Assembly (NCBI GenBank): GCA_021791335.1
Contig: JAJYWS010000005.1
Location: 1-55,161 of the forward strand
Length of the DNA stretch: 55,161 nucleotides
Reading direction: 5' to 3'
DNA from: Thermoplasmata archaeon
GTDB taxonomy: Archaea > Thermoplasmatota > Thermoplasmata > Lutacidiplasmatales > UBA184
The position numbers and the translations under genes are program-made. Position 1 is the stretch's first letter. Each line of letters begins with the position of its first letter. The notes beneath the pieces are model-generated. The model searched no databases and had not been told where the DNA came from. It saw only the letters and a list, made by a program, of their open reading frames with translations. Positions 54,453-55,161 of the stretch are shown here, in pieces.

Positions 54453-55161
54453 ATGGGTTGGCGGTGCCGTAGGAAGCCTCCGTGCCGGAGGTCCCGGACC
54501 GCCTCCTGGATCTCGTCGGGGGTGTTCATCACGATGGGGCCGTGCCAGGCGACCGGCTCACCGATGGGACGACCTTCGGCGAGGAGGAACCGCAGCCCGG
54601 AGGGCCCGGCGCGGACCTCGATGGCGTCCCCCGACCCGAAGAGGACCGTCTCCCCGCGGGGGGAGATCGGGGCCGGCTCCGGGGCGAACCGACCGGCGCC
54701 CCCGATCACATGGGCGACCGCCGTGTAGCCCGGCGAGGTCGGCAGCCTCAGGTCGGCCTCCGGGGGCAGGTCGAGGTCGACATAGGTCGGGTCCACCGCG
54801 ATCCCTCGGACCGGTCCTTCGGCTCCGGCGAACCGGCCGGCGACGACCCGGGCCCGGGCGCCGGAGGGCAGTTCGACTTCGGGGATCTCTCCGGAGGTGA
54901 TCCCCTGGTAGCGGGGCGTCGACATCTTCTCCCGGGCCGGCAGGTTGACCCAGAGCTGGAAGCCGTCCAGCCGTCCCTCCGACCGCTCGGGCATCTCCTG
55001 GTGGATGATGCCGCTCCCGGCCCTCATCCACTGGAGGTCGCCCCGGTCGATCACCCCCTCGTGGCCGAGGGTGTCGCCGTGGGCGACCCGGCCCTCCAGC
55101 ATGTAGGTCACCGTCTCGATCCCGCGGTGGGGGTGCCAGGGGAATCCGGCCATGTAGTCGG
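54440..55161 (-). CDS. Pirin-family cupin (5' end beyond the window)
   Basis: GFPWHPHRGIETVTY, HGDTLG, QWMRAGSGIIHQEMP, QLWVNLP and GPIVMN. Confidence 0.93.
   Translation of the reverse strand, partial: DYMAGFPWHPHRGIETVTYMLEGRVAHGDTLGHEGVIDRGDLQWMRAGSGIIHQEMPERSEGRLDGFQLWVNLPAREKMSTPRYQGITSGEIPEVELPSGARARVVAGRFAGAEGPVRGIAVDPTYVDLDLPPEADLRLPTSPGYTAVAHVIGGAGRFAPEPAPISPRGETVLFGSGDAIEVRAGPSGLRFLLAEGRPIGEPVAWHGPIVMNTPDEIQEAVRDLRHGGFLRHRQPIYEE

Overview
This window is archaeal chromosomal DNA with very high GC (roughly 70-75% by eye). It is densely coding, with about 57 protein genes; I found no rRNA, tRNA, CRISPR array, transposase or integrase. Archaeal markers include rpl40e, archease, Pcc1, TrmI, geranylgeranyl reductase, a LysW pathway and TATA boxes about 25 nt upstream of leaderless starts. 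A DUF3198-like gene and thermopsin-like surface repeats suggest Thermoplasmata (inference). Main blocks in order: (1) SSB; a U32-family Fe-S protein divergent from a stand-alone chorismate mutase; an HTH-10 regulator, radical SAM, CopD/HemJ-like membrane protein and ferrochelatase heme-type cluster. (2) ppx with two tandem thymidylate-kinase-like genes (PPK3-like polyphosphate module), then purT and a chagasin-like gene. (3) A DUF4129/DUF58/MoxR cluster interrupted by a ~250-nt highly structured non-coding segment. (4) serA with an aminotransferase, archease, a GT2 and a large YVTN surface glycoprotein. (5) rpl40e, AMMECR1, ileS, a bactofilin-like gene, a fused ETF, Pcc1 and DUF1028. (6) A ferredoxin-GGR operon, a stand-alone RnfD-like protein, trxB, an ABC exporter, a glycoside hydrolase pair, a mycobacterial-type MTHFR and a PiT-family permease. 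(7) An ACT-domain regulator divergent from an argG-argH-lysW-X-Y-Z-J-K (LysW-dependent arginine) operon, with a 38-bp phased palindrome between them. The best leads are the U32 plus chorismate mutase pair, the structured RNA-like insert at ~17110-17365, the candidate arginine regulator and operator, and the heme cluster. All family assignments come from motif recognition by eye; no database searches were run.
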